A DNA stretch of 64,000 nucleotides from an uncultured delta proteobacterium. GTDB taxonomy: Bacteria; Desulfobacterota; Desulfuromonadia; Desulfuromonadales; CAWBQR01. A program made the translations under genes and the position numbers. Below the pieces are notes generated by a model. The model had not been told where the DNA came from and searched no databases. It saw only the letters and a list, made by a program, of their open reading frames with translations. The stretch covers positions 41,182 through 105,181 of the forward strand of contig CAWBQR010000011.1 in the NCBI GenBank assembly GCA_963791005.1. Direction: 5' to 3'. Position 1 is the stretch's first letter. Each line of letters begins with the position of its first letter. This document shows, piece by piece, positions 41,314 to 50,441 of this stretch.

Positions 41314-42561
41314 ATGACAATTGTTCTCTTCTGTAATAACCATGAGCAATATTTATTTTTTCGCCGCTGTGTTCGGGGGATTGAAAAACTAGATAAACGA
41401 GCTCTCTTTTTGTCTCACCGGTGGTCGGTTGTTTTGCGGGCCAAAATCGATGGATATAATAGCTGCCTTCTTCATGGCTTTAAAAAATCTGGTAATGGCT
41501 CTTTGGGCTCTGATCCCGATATTGCATTTGAGGTGCGCCATGGTCTTCTCTCGCCCGGCCAAGCATGCCGACTGGTCCAGCGAGTTGAGGGCTTTGCTAA
41601 GTCTTTTTTCGTTAAGGAGCGGCCTGATCAAATTTGGTTCTGGGATGGCTGCAACCTGATGCGACAGACCCTTGCTCAAGTCGGCAAGGAATTTGGAGTC
41701 CAGACCCTCTTTTTCCAGTTAGGGAATTTTCCAGGAAAACTTTTTGTGGACACTTTGGGAGTTAATGCCCGTTCCGATTTCACTCACAGACTGAATACCA
41801 TAGATCCATCAGCAAACGTTGACTGGGAATTGTATAGAATATGGAAAGAAAGATATTTAGAAAAGAAGAAAAAAAAACATGTAGTTAAGCAGCGCTCATC
41901 TCTTGTTAAATTTAACTGGCCTTATGCGTTTGACCTTTTCGGATTTTCCTTTCTTGGGGCTCCAGCAAATGAAAAACAGAAGATATTTTTAAAGATTATC
42001 AATTACGCAAAAAGTCGTTTCATAGATTATGATTATGATAATATTAATGGGTTGCAAGATGGCAATTTCTTTCTATTCCCACTCCAGGTTAATTCAGGTA
42101 GTCAAGTCCTTTGGAATAGCAAAATAGGTCAGTTGGAGGCAATAAGAATATGCCATGAAAAAGCAAAAAGCGAGGGAGTGTCTTTGGTAGTTAAGGCGCA
42201 TCCTGTTGAAGATGATATGTGCTTCATTATGGCATTGTTCAGATTGCGTGATGAGCTTAAATTCCGCATAGTCAATAATGATCTTTTTCAGCTGTTGCAA
42301 TGTTGCCGTCGAATTATCACTTTAAATTCTACCGCCGGTCTAGAGGCCATGTTAGTTGGAAAGCCTGTTGAAATCCTGAGCGATGCTCATTATGCAAACT
42401 TCTCCGAAGCTGATCTAGCGTTTTATATTCAACGATTTTTGCTCGATATCGACTTTTTTACGAAAAACGATTTATCTGATGGACAGCTTTTGGAAATTTT
42501 CGAGCGGGCAAATTCAAAATTCTGGCAGCAATTTGAGGCATCCGAGACATTATGTCAGTAA
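41314..42561 (+). CDS. Capsule polysaccharide biosynthesis protein (KpsS/LpsZ-like, Capsule_synth family)
   Basis: Contains FFLFPLQVNSGSQV, VVKAHPVED and ITLNSTAGLEAMLVGKPV. Confidence 0.6.
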   Translation: MTIVLFCNNHEQYLFFRRCVRGIEKLDKRALFLSHRWSVVLRAKIDGYNSCLLHGFKKSGNGSLGSDPDIAFEVRHGLLSPGQACRLVQRVEGFAKSFFVKERPDQIWFWDGCNLMRQTLAQVGKEFGVQTLFFQLGNFPGKLFVDTLGVNARSDFTHRLNTIDPSANVDWELYRIWKERYLEKKKKKHVVKQRSSLVKFNWPYAFDLFGFSFLGAPANEKQKIFLKIINYAKSRFIDYDYDNINGLQDGNFFLFPLQVNSGSQVLWNSKIGQLEAIRICHEKAKSEGVSLVVKAHPVEDDMCFIMALFRLRDELKFRIVNNDLFQLLQCCRRIITLNSTAGLEAMLVGKPVEILSDAHYANFSEADLAFYIQRFLLDIDFFTKNDLSDGQLLEIFERANSKFWQQFEASETLCQ

Positions 42562-43910
42562 CTGCAGTCCTTCTCGCATCAGGTACAGGTCTCCGCTTCG
42601 GCGACAACCAACCCAAGCAGTTCACCAAACTGGCCGGCCTGCCGGTCTTGGTCCACACTCTCAAGTCCTTCGACACCTTTGTCGGTGTCGACAAGGTCAT
42701 CGTCGTAACCAATGAGGAGTATGTGGACCAGGTCTGGGAAATGGTCGGAAAGCATGGTCTGAAAGAGGTAGACAAGGTGGTCGCCGGCGGGGCGAGCCGG
42801 CAGGAGTCCTCCCGGATCGGTCTGGAATGCTGCGACCCGGATACGGAATACGTCCTGATCCATGATGGCGTCCGCCCCTTCATCTCCCAACAGGTCCTGC
42901 AACGGCTCGTGGACGCAGTGAGGGAACACGGGGCGGTCGATACCGTCATTCCTTCCGCCGATACCCTTGTGGTAATCGACGAAAACAATTTCATTCGCAA
43001 CATTCCTGACCGGTCCCACTTCCGGCGCGGCCAGACGCCTCAGGCGTTTTCCTATCCCCTCATCCTCGAGGCGCACCGGCGGGCCGGGGAGAGCGGAATC
43101 GAGAATTCCACCGACGACTGCTCCCTGGTGCTGCGGATGGGCCGTCCCGTCTATGTCGTGGAGGGCGAAGAGCAGAACATCAAAATCACCTATCCCCTCG
43201 ACCTGCACCTGGCCGACAAACTCTTCCAGTTGAACACACAGCCCCCCCTGGCGCTTGCCGGGGCAGGTCTGGAATTTGAGGACAAGGTGGTTGTCATCGT
43301 CGGGGGGACGCAGGGGATCGGCCGATCGATCTCGGCCGTGTTGGAGCGCTGCGGGTCGGCGACCGTGTATGCGCTGGGACGGACCTCGACCCCGGCTGCC
43401 GACGTCACGGACTTCGCCTCACTGGAGGCCGCGATGGGGGATATCTTCCGCCGGGAGGGACGCATCGACTATGTGGTCAATTGCGCCGGCGACCTGATTC
43501 GGAAAAACGTGGCCAACATGACCCTGGACGAGTGGGATTACCTCTATCGGATCAACATGTCCGGCAATTTCTACCTCGCCAAGGCGCTGATGCCGATCTG
43601 GGAGACACAGAAATCAGGCAGCCTGATGCTGGTAGGGTCGAGCAGCTATACCCGGGGGCGGGGAGGGTATGCCGCCTACAGCAGCTCAAAGGCGGCGCTG
43701 GTCAATTTCTGCCAAGCTCTGGCCGAAGAGGTGGACTGCTGGAACGTTAAAGTCAATGTCGCCAGTCCGGGGCGGGTGCAGACGGGCCTGCGGTTTCGCA
43801 ATTTTGGGCAGGAATCCCCTGAGAGCCTGTTGTCTCCCGATTATGTTGCCGAGCAGATCGTTGCGTCCCTGACCATAGATACGACAGGCAGCGTTTTTGA
43901 AATCCGCTGA
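42552..43910 (+). CDS. Bifunctional IspD/TarI-like cytidylyltransferase + SDR reductase (Bcs1-like CDP-ribitol synthase)
   Basis: N-terminus AVLLASGTGLRFG..PKQF (IspD family). C-terminus VVIVGGTQGIGRSI...YAAYSSSKAAL (SDR TGxxxGxG and YxxxK). Confidence 0.75.
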   Translation: MSVTAVLLASGTGLRFGDNQPKQFTKLAGLPVLVHTLKSFDTFVGVDKVIVVTNEEYVDQVWEMVGKHGLKEVDKVVAGGASRQESSRIGLECCDPDTEYVLIHDGVRPFISQQVLQRLVDAVREHGAVDTVIPSADTLVVIDENNFIRNIPDRSHFRRGQTPQAFSYPLILEAHRRAGESGIENSTDDCSLVLRMGRPVYVVEGEEQNIKITYPLDLHLADKLFQLNTQPPLALAGAGLEFEDKVVVIVGGTQGIGRSISAVLERCGSATVYALGRTSTPAADVTDFASLEAAMGDIFRREGRIDYVVNCAGDLIRKNVANMTLDEWDYLYRINMSGNFYLAKALMPIWETQKSGSLMLVGSSSYTRGRGGYAAYSSSKAALVNFCQALAEEVDCWNVKVNVASPGRVQTGLRFRNFGQESPESLLSPDYVAEQIVASLTIDTTGSVFEIR

Positions 43911-43942
43911 ATTCCGTGCGGCTTCTCCCCGAGGGAGTCTGT

Positions 43943-44686
43943 ATGTTTAAAAAACGGCATGAATTCACCCTGCAGCAGGTCAACGAAAGGCTGGTTCTGC
44001 GCTCCTGGTGGGCCTCTTTCGGGGTTCTGCCTCTGGCCAACCGCCTCGTCGTGCTGGTCTGTAACTATACCGAATTAACCCCGAACCAGATCACAGCCGT
44101 CTCCTCTGTCTTCCGTCTGCTCTCCGCTCTCTGCTTCCTGGGGGGGAGCCGCTGGGGGCTGGTTGCCGGCGCCCTCTGCTATTACTTGGCCTATGTCATC
44201 GACTGCGTCGACGGACCGGTCGCCCGCCTCAAGGGAAAGACCTCCGCTTTCGGGCGCTATTTCGACCACCTATCCGACCTTGTCGGCGACATCCTGATTC
44301 TCGCAGCGTTTGCCTGGGGCCAGAGCCTCCTGTTCACGCCCCTGATCCTGGCCATGCTCTTCATGCATATTGCCGAATCCTATATTTCCTATCTGGCCAA
44401 TTTTGCTTTGGATTCCCGCGGCACACTGGAAAACCGGTCCGAAAATCCCCCCGGCTGCGGCCCGCTAAATTGGTTCCGGAAATATCGCCGGTTTTTCTTT
44501 TCACGAAATTTTAAATCATTCTTGTCCTTTCCGGACTACGAAGCCCTGACTCTTCTCTTCTTTCCCTTGATAGGAATGCCTGCATTAGGTCTGAGGGTGG
44601 GGTTTTTTCTGCTCCTTGTGACGACGCTTTACACCGTATTCTCCTCCTTCGTGTCAATTCATACCGGCGAACGCACATTCCCCTGA
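43943..44686 (+). CDS. CDP-alcohol phosphatidyltransferase family membrane protein
   Basis: Contains DCVDGPVARLKGKTSAFGRYFDHLSDLVGD (DGx2ARx8Gx3Dx3D). Confidence 0.8.
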   Translation: MFKKRHEFTLQQVNERLVLRSWWASFGVLPLANRLVVLVCNYTELTPNQITAVSSVFRLLSALCFLGGSRWGLVAGALCYYLAYVIDCVDGPVARLKGKTSAFGRYFDHLSDLVGDILILAAFAWGQSLLFTPLILAMLFMHIAESYISYLANFALDSRGTLENRSENPPGCGPLNWFRKYRRFFFSRNFKSFLSFPDYEALTLLFFPLIGMPALGLRVGFFLLLVTTLYTVFSSFVSIHTGERTFP

Positions 44687-44699
44687 TCCGAGGCATTCC

Positions 44700-45608
44700 T
44701 TGAAATCTTTTGAAAAGCATCGATTCCAGTCAGATCAGCCAAGGCTCTGCCCTGTTTGTGGTACCCCGGTTGCTGATATCGTCTACTTTTTCAAGGACGG
44801 CGAAGAGACATCCGAGTTTTTTAAATGCCCTGAATGCACATTCCTGTTTGCCCGTCCGGTCTTCATTCCCGAACTCGACAGCCGACAGATGGATGGGGTT
44901 GAAAATGCCGAACTGTTTAATTCTCCGTTGCTTAAAAAAATCTACATCAACTATTTCATCAAAAAGGAAATCCGGTCTCTGCGGATGTCGAAGGGCAGGG
45001 GGGCGCTCCGGTTGCTTGACATCGGTTGCGGCACCGGTTGGACCACCCGGGCGTACGCTGACCTGGGGGTCCAGGTGGTGGGTCTGGAACCATCCAAAAC
45101 CCGCGCTGACTACGCCCGTGAGAACTACGGTATCGATGTCGTTTGTGACTACATCGAGAATGTCGAATTTGACCAGGAGTTTGACGTAGTCGTACTGCGC
45201 CATATCGTCGAACATTTTGGCGATCCAGGGGCGGTACTCCGGAAAATCAAGGGATTTCTGAAAAAGGACGGCGTGGTCCTGGTCGTTGTGCCGAATATCA
45301 ACTGCCTTGGACGCTATCTTTTCGAAACTCGCTGGGCGTGGGTATTGCCCTGGCATTGCAACTTTTTTACCCCCCGCTCAATACACCGGTTTTTGACGGG
45401 GGAAGACTTCGATATCGTTGCCTATTATCAGACCCCGTCTCCCCTCTATTACCCGGGAGCATTGGTTCGCACCTTCCCGAACCGCTTCGTCAAATGGCTC
45501 CTGGGCAACAATCGGGTTGTCTCCATGATGCTGTGTGCGCCCCTGGCAATTGGCGGTAAATGGCTGGGAATGGGTGACAATATCAATGTCGTGGCGCGGG
45601 TGAGATAG
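44700..45608 (+). CDS. Class I SAM-dependent methyltransferase with N-terminal Zn ribbon
   Basis: Contains CPVCGT...CPECTF and LLDIGCGTGW. TTG start is uncertain. Confidence 0.7.
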   Translation: MKSFEKHRFQSDQPRLCPVCGTPVADIVYFFKDGEETSEFFKCPECTFLFARPVFIPELDSRQMDGVENAELFNSPLLKKIYINYFIKKEIRSLRMSKGRGALRLLDIGCGTGWTTRAYADLGVQVVGLEPSKTRADYARENYGIDVVCDYIENVEFDQEFDVVVLRHIVEHFGDPGAVLRKIKGFLKKDGVVLVVVPNINCLGRYLFETRWAWVLPWHCNFFTPRSIHRFLTGEDFDIVAYYQTPSPLYYPGALVRTFPNRFVKWLLGNNRVVSMMLCAPLAIGGKWLGMGDNINVVARVR

Positions 45609-45791
45609 TTGAACACCCTGTTCCTGGAGGGGGGTATGAGGGGCAGGCCTGCATGTGCATTCCCAGGGACGTTGTTGACTAGAGTGACTAGCCCTGCTAA
45701 TTTCCTCGAAACCACTTCCGAAAGTCCGGAGTCCCATGATGCCAAGACAAGCAAGACTCGAGGCTCCCGGCACCCTGCATCATATCATCAC

Positions 45792-46846
45792 CTGATTAGC
45801 ACGAATCTTCCGCCGGGCCACAGTATGACATATTGTGACACGGGGAGAGGTTAACCTCATGACATTTCTCCCAAGGAGGCATGCCGTGAAAATGAATCGA
45901 ATCCAGTTCCAGGCCGGGATGAGCCTGAGCCAGTTTCTTGCCGATTATGGCTCCGAGTCCCAATGTGAGGCCATTGTTGAAAAATCCCGCTGGCCTCAAG
46001 GTTTCCAGTGCCCGACGTGCAAAGCGCAGCAGCATACTTCGTATCGGCGTGGTCGCGTGAAAGTCTTTCAATGCCGTGCTTGTCGTACCCAGACAACGTT
46101 GACGGAAGGGACGATTTTTCACTCGACAAAGTTGCCACTGACCAAATGGTTCCAAGCCATGTACTTTCTGAGCCAAACGAAAAATAACGTCTCGATCCTG
46201 GAGCTGCGTCGCCTGGTTGGCCTGAGTTATCAAACCGCATGGAGGATGAAGCACAAGCTCATGCAGGTCATGTATGAGCGGGAAAGCTCCACCCGGCTCT
46301 CAGGTCGTGTCGAAGTAGATGACGCCTACCTCGGTGGCGAGAATCCTGGTGGCAAGGCCGGTCGCGGATCTGAGAACAAGGTCCCGTTTATTGCTGCTGT
46401 TCAGACCAATGACAAGCGCCATCCACTGTACGTCATCTTCTCCAGGGTCAAGGCGTTCAGCAATGCTGAGGTCAAGGCCTGGGCCGATCGCTCACTGGTT
46501 CCGGCAACGACTGTGGTCTCTGATGGCCTTTGGTGCTTCCGGTCGGTCACCCAGGCCGGCTGTATCCAGCAACGCGAAGTTGTCGGTCCGGGCCGAAAGA
46601 GTACGGACATGGAATGCTTTTCCTGGGTCAATACCATTCTGGGCAACCTGAAGAATGCCATTAACGGCACGTACCATGCCTTCGACTTTGAGAAATATGC
46701 ACACCGTTATCTCGGTGAGTTTCAATATCGTTTCAACCGCCGCTTCGATCTCGCCAATTTGCTCCCTCGAATGATCGTCGCTGCGGTCAATACAGGCAAA
46801 CGCTCCGAACGCTGGCTCCGCTTAGCGGAAGATCAGTGCTAATCAG
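45792..46846 (+). mobile_element. IS1595-family insertion sequence (ISXO2-like), apparently intact
   Basis: 19-bp terminal IRs CTGATTAGCACGAATCTTC / GAAGATCAGTGCTAATCAG (17/19 match). Flanked by the direct repeat ATATCATCA (45782-45790 and 46847-46855). Confidence 0.85.
45892..46842 (+). CDS. IS1595-family DDE transposase with N-terminal Zn ribbon
   Basis: Contains RWPQGFQCPTCKAQQH...FQCRACRTQ and VEVDDAYLGGE (ISXO2-like DDE domain). Confidence 0.85.
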   Translation: MNRIQFQAGMSLSQFLADYGSESQCEAIVEKSRWPQGFQCPTCKAQQHTSYRRGRVKVFQCRACRTQTTLTEGTIFHSTKLPLTKWFQAMYFLSQTKNNVSILELRRLVGLSYQTAWRMKHKLMQVMYERESSTRLSGRVEVDDAYLGGENPGGKAGRGSENKVPFIAAVQTNDKRHPLYVIFSRVKAFSNAEVKAWADRSLVPATTVVSDGLWCFRSVTQAGCIQQREVVGPGRKSTDMECFSWVNTILGNLKNAINGTYHAFDFEKYAHRYLGEFQYRFNRRFDLANLLPRMIVAAVNTGKRSERWLRLAEDQC

Positions 46847-47227
46847 ATATCATCATCAGGGGAATCGAAAAGCGCCGCATTTTGTCTGACGCTGGCGGAA
46901 TCCGCGAGATGGCTCGGCGTTTCCTCCTCGGCGATATCCAGGATTTTGAGCCGAGGGGAGAAAAGCTGGTCAAGGTAGTCAACAACGTCCCCCCCCATTC
47001 GGATGGCTACCGAGCCGGGGGGAGAAGCGGTTCAATCGGCTCCTCGTCGTCCAAGAGATCCAAAAGGATTGGAGAGCGATAGCCAGCAGATCGTTTTGCG
47101 CCTTGATGAAGGATGGTCTCGCAAAAGGTCGATATTTCTTAAGTTGCTGAAAAAACAGATAAAAACGAAATTTCTCGCTTTGGCCTGCTGGACATTTGTG
47201 GTGAGATAACTGAGCAATTTCAATCTG

Positions 47228-48415
47228 TTATATGGAGTTTACCCCTTCCTCCCAGATGGTCATCATCCGCTTTCCAACCTCTTTGAAATCCGGATGATCA
47301 GCAATGTAGCGGGGGATTCTCTGCCGAGTTTCCATCACGGCATCGGCCACCTGGGAGATGGTCTCGTGAATCTCCCCGATCGGCAGCGAAAGGTGCGCAA
47401 TGGCAAACCGCTCAAGCACTTTGCGAGACCACCATTTCTTCGTGCCGTCAATAGTCAAGGCCGGAACGTCCTTAGGGATGTAAGCCGTTGTCGTAACCAC
47501 GTCGAATACGGGCGCGATCGATACCGGCTCGCTGCAGGAGGGATAAAGAACTCCGAAGTTCTTCAGGTGGGCATCGCCATTTCGGACCATGGAGGAAAGG
47601 ATCAAGGTAGCGAAGAACTGGCGCCGGGCCGCCGGCAGATTTTCCCCTGAGATGAAGTTTTTCAGAGTCTTGGCGACCCGTTCGTAAGTGCCGCTGTATT
47701 TTTTGGCAGTTCCCAAGGCCTGTAGGCTGCACATATCCTCAAAGCCAAGGGAAAGCCCCTCTGGGGTTCTGTCAAACCGTCGCATCACAAAGAGCCCGCC
47801 GTTCCCAGACAAATGGAACTCCGGGACCGCCAGCCCCGCAGCCTTAGCCGCGGTCATGCAAAAGAATTCGTTGGCGGCCAGTTGCGGGTACTCGGTTCCC
47901 CAGCTCTTGACGATATAGCCCCTTGCGGTTGAGGTTCCCCGCTGCGCCGCATCGAGCAGAACCTTGGGCTGGACACCAGAGATGCCGGAGCGCAGTGCGT
48001 AGCGGCCAATCAAATCGTGGAAAAGCTCCGTCGTGTTCGGATAGGTCAGCAATTCCTCAAGAGACTCAGTCCTGCGGCCGTCCCCCGGGTACCCCTCACC
48101 CGGCAAGGAGAAGCCGTTCCGCCCGATCTGGTTGCCCCCGGTGGCCTGGAGGATGGAGATGTCATCTTCGCCGACGATTTTCGCAATAGCGTTCCGGATG
48201 GCCTCAAGGAGTGCCCCTTCAGGAATGTTCATCTGGAAAACCGGATGAAGCTCCGGCGTGACCCATCCTTCCAGCCGAACCGGCATGGTGAGAGACACCG
48301 CCTCAACAGACTCGCTATCATAGCCAAAGACGAACTTGCGTTGAGCCTCCCGCAACAGACGACCGGCCATCGAGCGACTGACCCAGACATCCAACGCTTT
48401 CACACCGGCCATCAA
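47228..48415 (-). CDS. hipA: HipA-family serine/threonine kinase toxin
   Basis: 395 aa. Contains ISGVQPKVLL, RFDR and NGDAHLKNFGVLY. Confidence 0.85.
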   Translation of the reverse strand: MMAGVKALDVWVSRSMAGRLLREAQRKFVFGYDSESVEAVSLTMPVRLEGWVTPELHPVFQMNIPEGALLEAIRNAIAKIVGEDDISILQATGGNQIGRNGFSLPGEGYPGDGRRTESLEELLTYPNTTELFHDLIGRYALRSGISGVQPKVLLDAAQRGTSTARGYIVKSWGTEYPQLAANEFFCMTAAKAAGLAVPEFHLSGNGGLFVMRRFDRTPEGLSLGFEDMCSLQALGTAKKYSGTYERVAKTLKNFISGENLPAARRQFFATLILSSMVRNGDAHLKNFGVLYPSCSEPVSIAPVFDVVTTTAYIPKDVPALTIDGTKKWWSRKVLERFAIAHLSLPIGEIHETISQVADAVMETRQRIPRYIADHPDFKEVGKRMMTIWEEGVNSI

Positions 48416-48654
48416 TCGGACTCCTGTTGAAGCTCATCAAGCGTCGGAGGAGATCCAGCCGGCCGAACCTTGAGCTCTAAGCCGAGGACCTCGAGAATCC
48501 GCAGGACCTTTCGGAAGCCGATATCTTGGACCGTCCCATTCTCTATCTGGCTGATCGTTGCTCGGCTCATTCCCAGAAGGTCAGCCAACTGCCCTTGAGT
48601 CAGTTTGCGGCGCTTTCGCTCAGTGCGGATATTTTGTCCGATTTCGTATAGCAT
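48412..48654 (-). CDS. hipB: HipB-like XRE-family HTH antitoxin
   Basis: Contains LTQGQLADLLGMSRATISQIENG. Overlaps the hipA start by 4 nt. Confidence 0.8.
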   Translation of the reverse strand: MLYEIGQNIRTERKRRKLTQGQLADLLGMSRATISQIENGTVQDIGFRKVLRILEVLGLELKVRPAGSPPTLDELQQESD

Positions 48655-48750
48655 GAATGCATTGTATGTAATACATAGCGCACTGTCAACACCACTTTGC
48701 ATTATATTCAATGCATTTTATTCACATCTAGGAAATCGAGTGAGGTATGA

Positions 48751-49240
48751 GGGTCAGGCCTGAAAGATTGCAAGTTGTCCAAGTGATGCTATCTTTATCT
48801 CATGGCACGTAAACCACGTATCCATTATCCTGGCGCGGTGTACCACGTCGTCCTTCGGGGGAATGCTCGGCAGGACATCCTTTTCGACGATGAGGACCGT
48901 TGTCGATTTTATCTCCTGCTCCAAGAAGGAATTGAGCGCTACGGCCACCGGATTCTTGCTTTTTCCCTGTGCCAAGGACGTACAATCTGCGGGCTGAGGA
49001 ACTAAACGCTTCCAGTCAGAAACGACTGCCATCGGAGGCCCGGGGGCTGGCTGCCTGGGCCGTTCGAGAATTGACGGATGCGACGTTGAACGATCTGGCT
49101 GAAAAATTCGGGCGAGACGCCTCAACCTTGAGCGCGGCGATCAGTCGATTTGAGGTGCGTCAAAAAGACGATCCGACCCTCACCGGGAAGGTTGAACGGT
49201 TGAAGAAGGAGCTAAAGGTTACAGCCATTCAGGCCTGACC
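48751..49240 (+). mobile_element. Y1-transposase/DnaA-C element, copy a (internal deletion; both termini retained)
   Basis: Same termini GGTCAGGCCTGAA / TTCAGGCCTGACC as copy b. The deletion junction near 48965 lies at TGACAA-like microhomology. Confidence 0.8.
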
Positions 49241-49255
49241 CTTTTTCTGACTTTC

Positions 49256-49536
49256 ATGTGGCGGTCGCCCTCGGCAAGCCCACGGTCTCCCTGTTCGGTC
49301 CGGCCATCGCCGCCAAGTGGGCGCCCCGAGGCGAGGAGCACATCGTCCTCAACAAGAATCTATCCTGCTCCCCCTGCACCCGCTTCGGGAAAACGCCCCC
49401 GTGCCCCAGCAATGCCCTCTGCCTTTCGGAGATCACCGTAGAAGAGGTAACTGCTGCGGTGGAACGGCTTTTTCGGAATTCGAGCCGTCCCGGGGATGAA
49501 AGCTTGTCGAACGGCCGCCAACCCTCTACAATGTGA
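49256..49536 (+). pseudogene. 3' fragment of a GT9 (heptosyltransferase-like) gene
   Basis: Roughly 88% nucleotide identity by eye with 55126-55320 of the intact GT9 gene. Encodes ...PTVSLFGPAIAAKWAPRGEEH...CSPCTRFGKTPPCP... Confidence 0.8.
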
Positions 49537-49662
49537 ACAAAAGTTCGGAGTTTGGCCACCTGTCGTTAAGATAGGGAAAGAGTTTAGGGAGGTTGTGTCG
49601 GCCAGGCCCAGCTCTTGAGTCCCGGCCGCATTGCCGCCATCCGATTTGGAGGGAAGATCCTC

Positions 49663-50061
49663 ATGATAAACAGGCACCTCGACTGGCTCCGCCAGGCAGA
49701 AAACGATCTGGAATGGGCAAGTCACTCCTTGGCCGGGGGATTCTGTGCCCAGACGTGTTTCGTCGCCCAGCAGGCCAGCGAAAAGGCTCTCAAGGCCTTT
49801 TGCTTTGCCAAGGGGTTCGATATTATCCGGACTCACTCCCTGTTTCAGATCGTCAAAAATCTGGGAGAGAACGGCACGCTTGAAAAACATGCCCGGGAAC
49901 TCGACCTCTATTACATAACAGCGCGTTATCCTGATGCCTTTCCTGCCGGAGCCCCCTTTGAGATAATCTCTGCCGAGCAGGCGGAGCGCGCTCTTCAGGG
50001 AGCCCGGGAAATCGTGACCATCATCAAGGATCGTCTGACAGATGCCGAACAAGATTCTTGA
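49663..50061 (+). CDS. HEPN-domain protein (toxin component of HEPN/MNT pair 3)
   Basis: Contains DLEWASHSL...QQASEKALKAF...IRTHSL. 132 aa. Confidence 0.75.
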   Translation: MINRHLDWLRQAENDLEWASHSLAGGFCAQTCFVAQQASEKALKAFCFAKGFDIIRTHSLFQIVKNLGENGTLEKHARELDLYYITARYPDAFPAGAPFEIISAEQAERALQGAREIVTIIKDRLTDAEQDS

Positions 50062-50395
50062 CCGGAGCCGTCCGCGAAGGAGTCTCCTGGACCTTTCTCC
50101 GGCTGAAGTCCAGTCATTTTTCCGTGAAAAACTCGCCAATAGAGGGGTTTCGGAGGCCTATCTTTTCGGGTCCTTCACCCGAGGGACCTGCAATCCATGG
50201 TCTGACGTGGACATAGTCGTGGTCAAGCCCACCGAGCAGCCCTTTGTCGAACGCCCTCGTGAGTTTTCAGACCTTTACGACCTCGGCGTCCCTGTCGATA
50301 TCCTGGTGTACACTCCCCGGGAATTCCAGGAGATTCGGACTTCAGCCTCCGGTTTCTGGAAGGAGTTCGACAGACACAATGTTCGGATTCTTTGA
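50042..50395 (+). CDS. MNT-type nucleotidyltransferase (pair 3)
   Basis: Contains LFGSFTRGTCNPWSDVDIVVV. Overlaps the HEPN gene by 20 nt. Confidence 0.8.
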   Translation: MPNKILDRSRPRRSLLDLSPAEVQSFFREKLANRGVSEAYLFGSFTRGTCNPWSDVDIVVVKPTEQPFVERPREFSDLYDLGVPVDILVYTPREFQEIRTSASGFWKEFDRHNVRIL

Positions 50396-50441
50396 GAATG
50401 CCGTCTGGAATATTTTGTCTCAAGGGAATTGAAGTAGGAGG

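Larger units (their letters stand above)
45736..46978 (+). pseudogene. Remnant of a Y1 (IS200-like/RAYT-like) transposase gene, internally deleted and split by an IS
   Basis: MMPRQARLEAPGTLHHII | IS | IRGIEKRR. The distal frame carries an HTH-like tail AESARWLGVSSSAISRILSRGEK. Confidence 0.6.

Noticed and set aside
47032-47223. 63-aa ORF downstream of hipA (minus strand) as an additional small gene.
   Set aside because: There is no motif, no RBS and no partner. It lies in the decayed tail region of the Y1 remnant.
48969-49238. Stand-alone 89-aa DnaA-C-like HTH gene in Y1 copy a.
   Set aside because: The ORF exists only because of the out-of-frame deletion and uses a non-ATG start chosen by the ORF track. 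It is kept as a remark in a finding, not as a feature.
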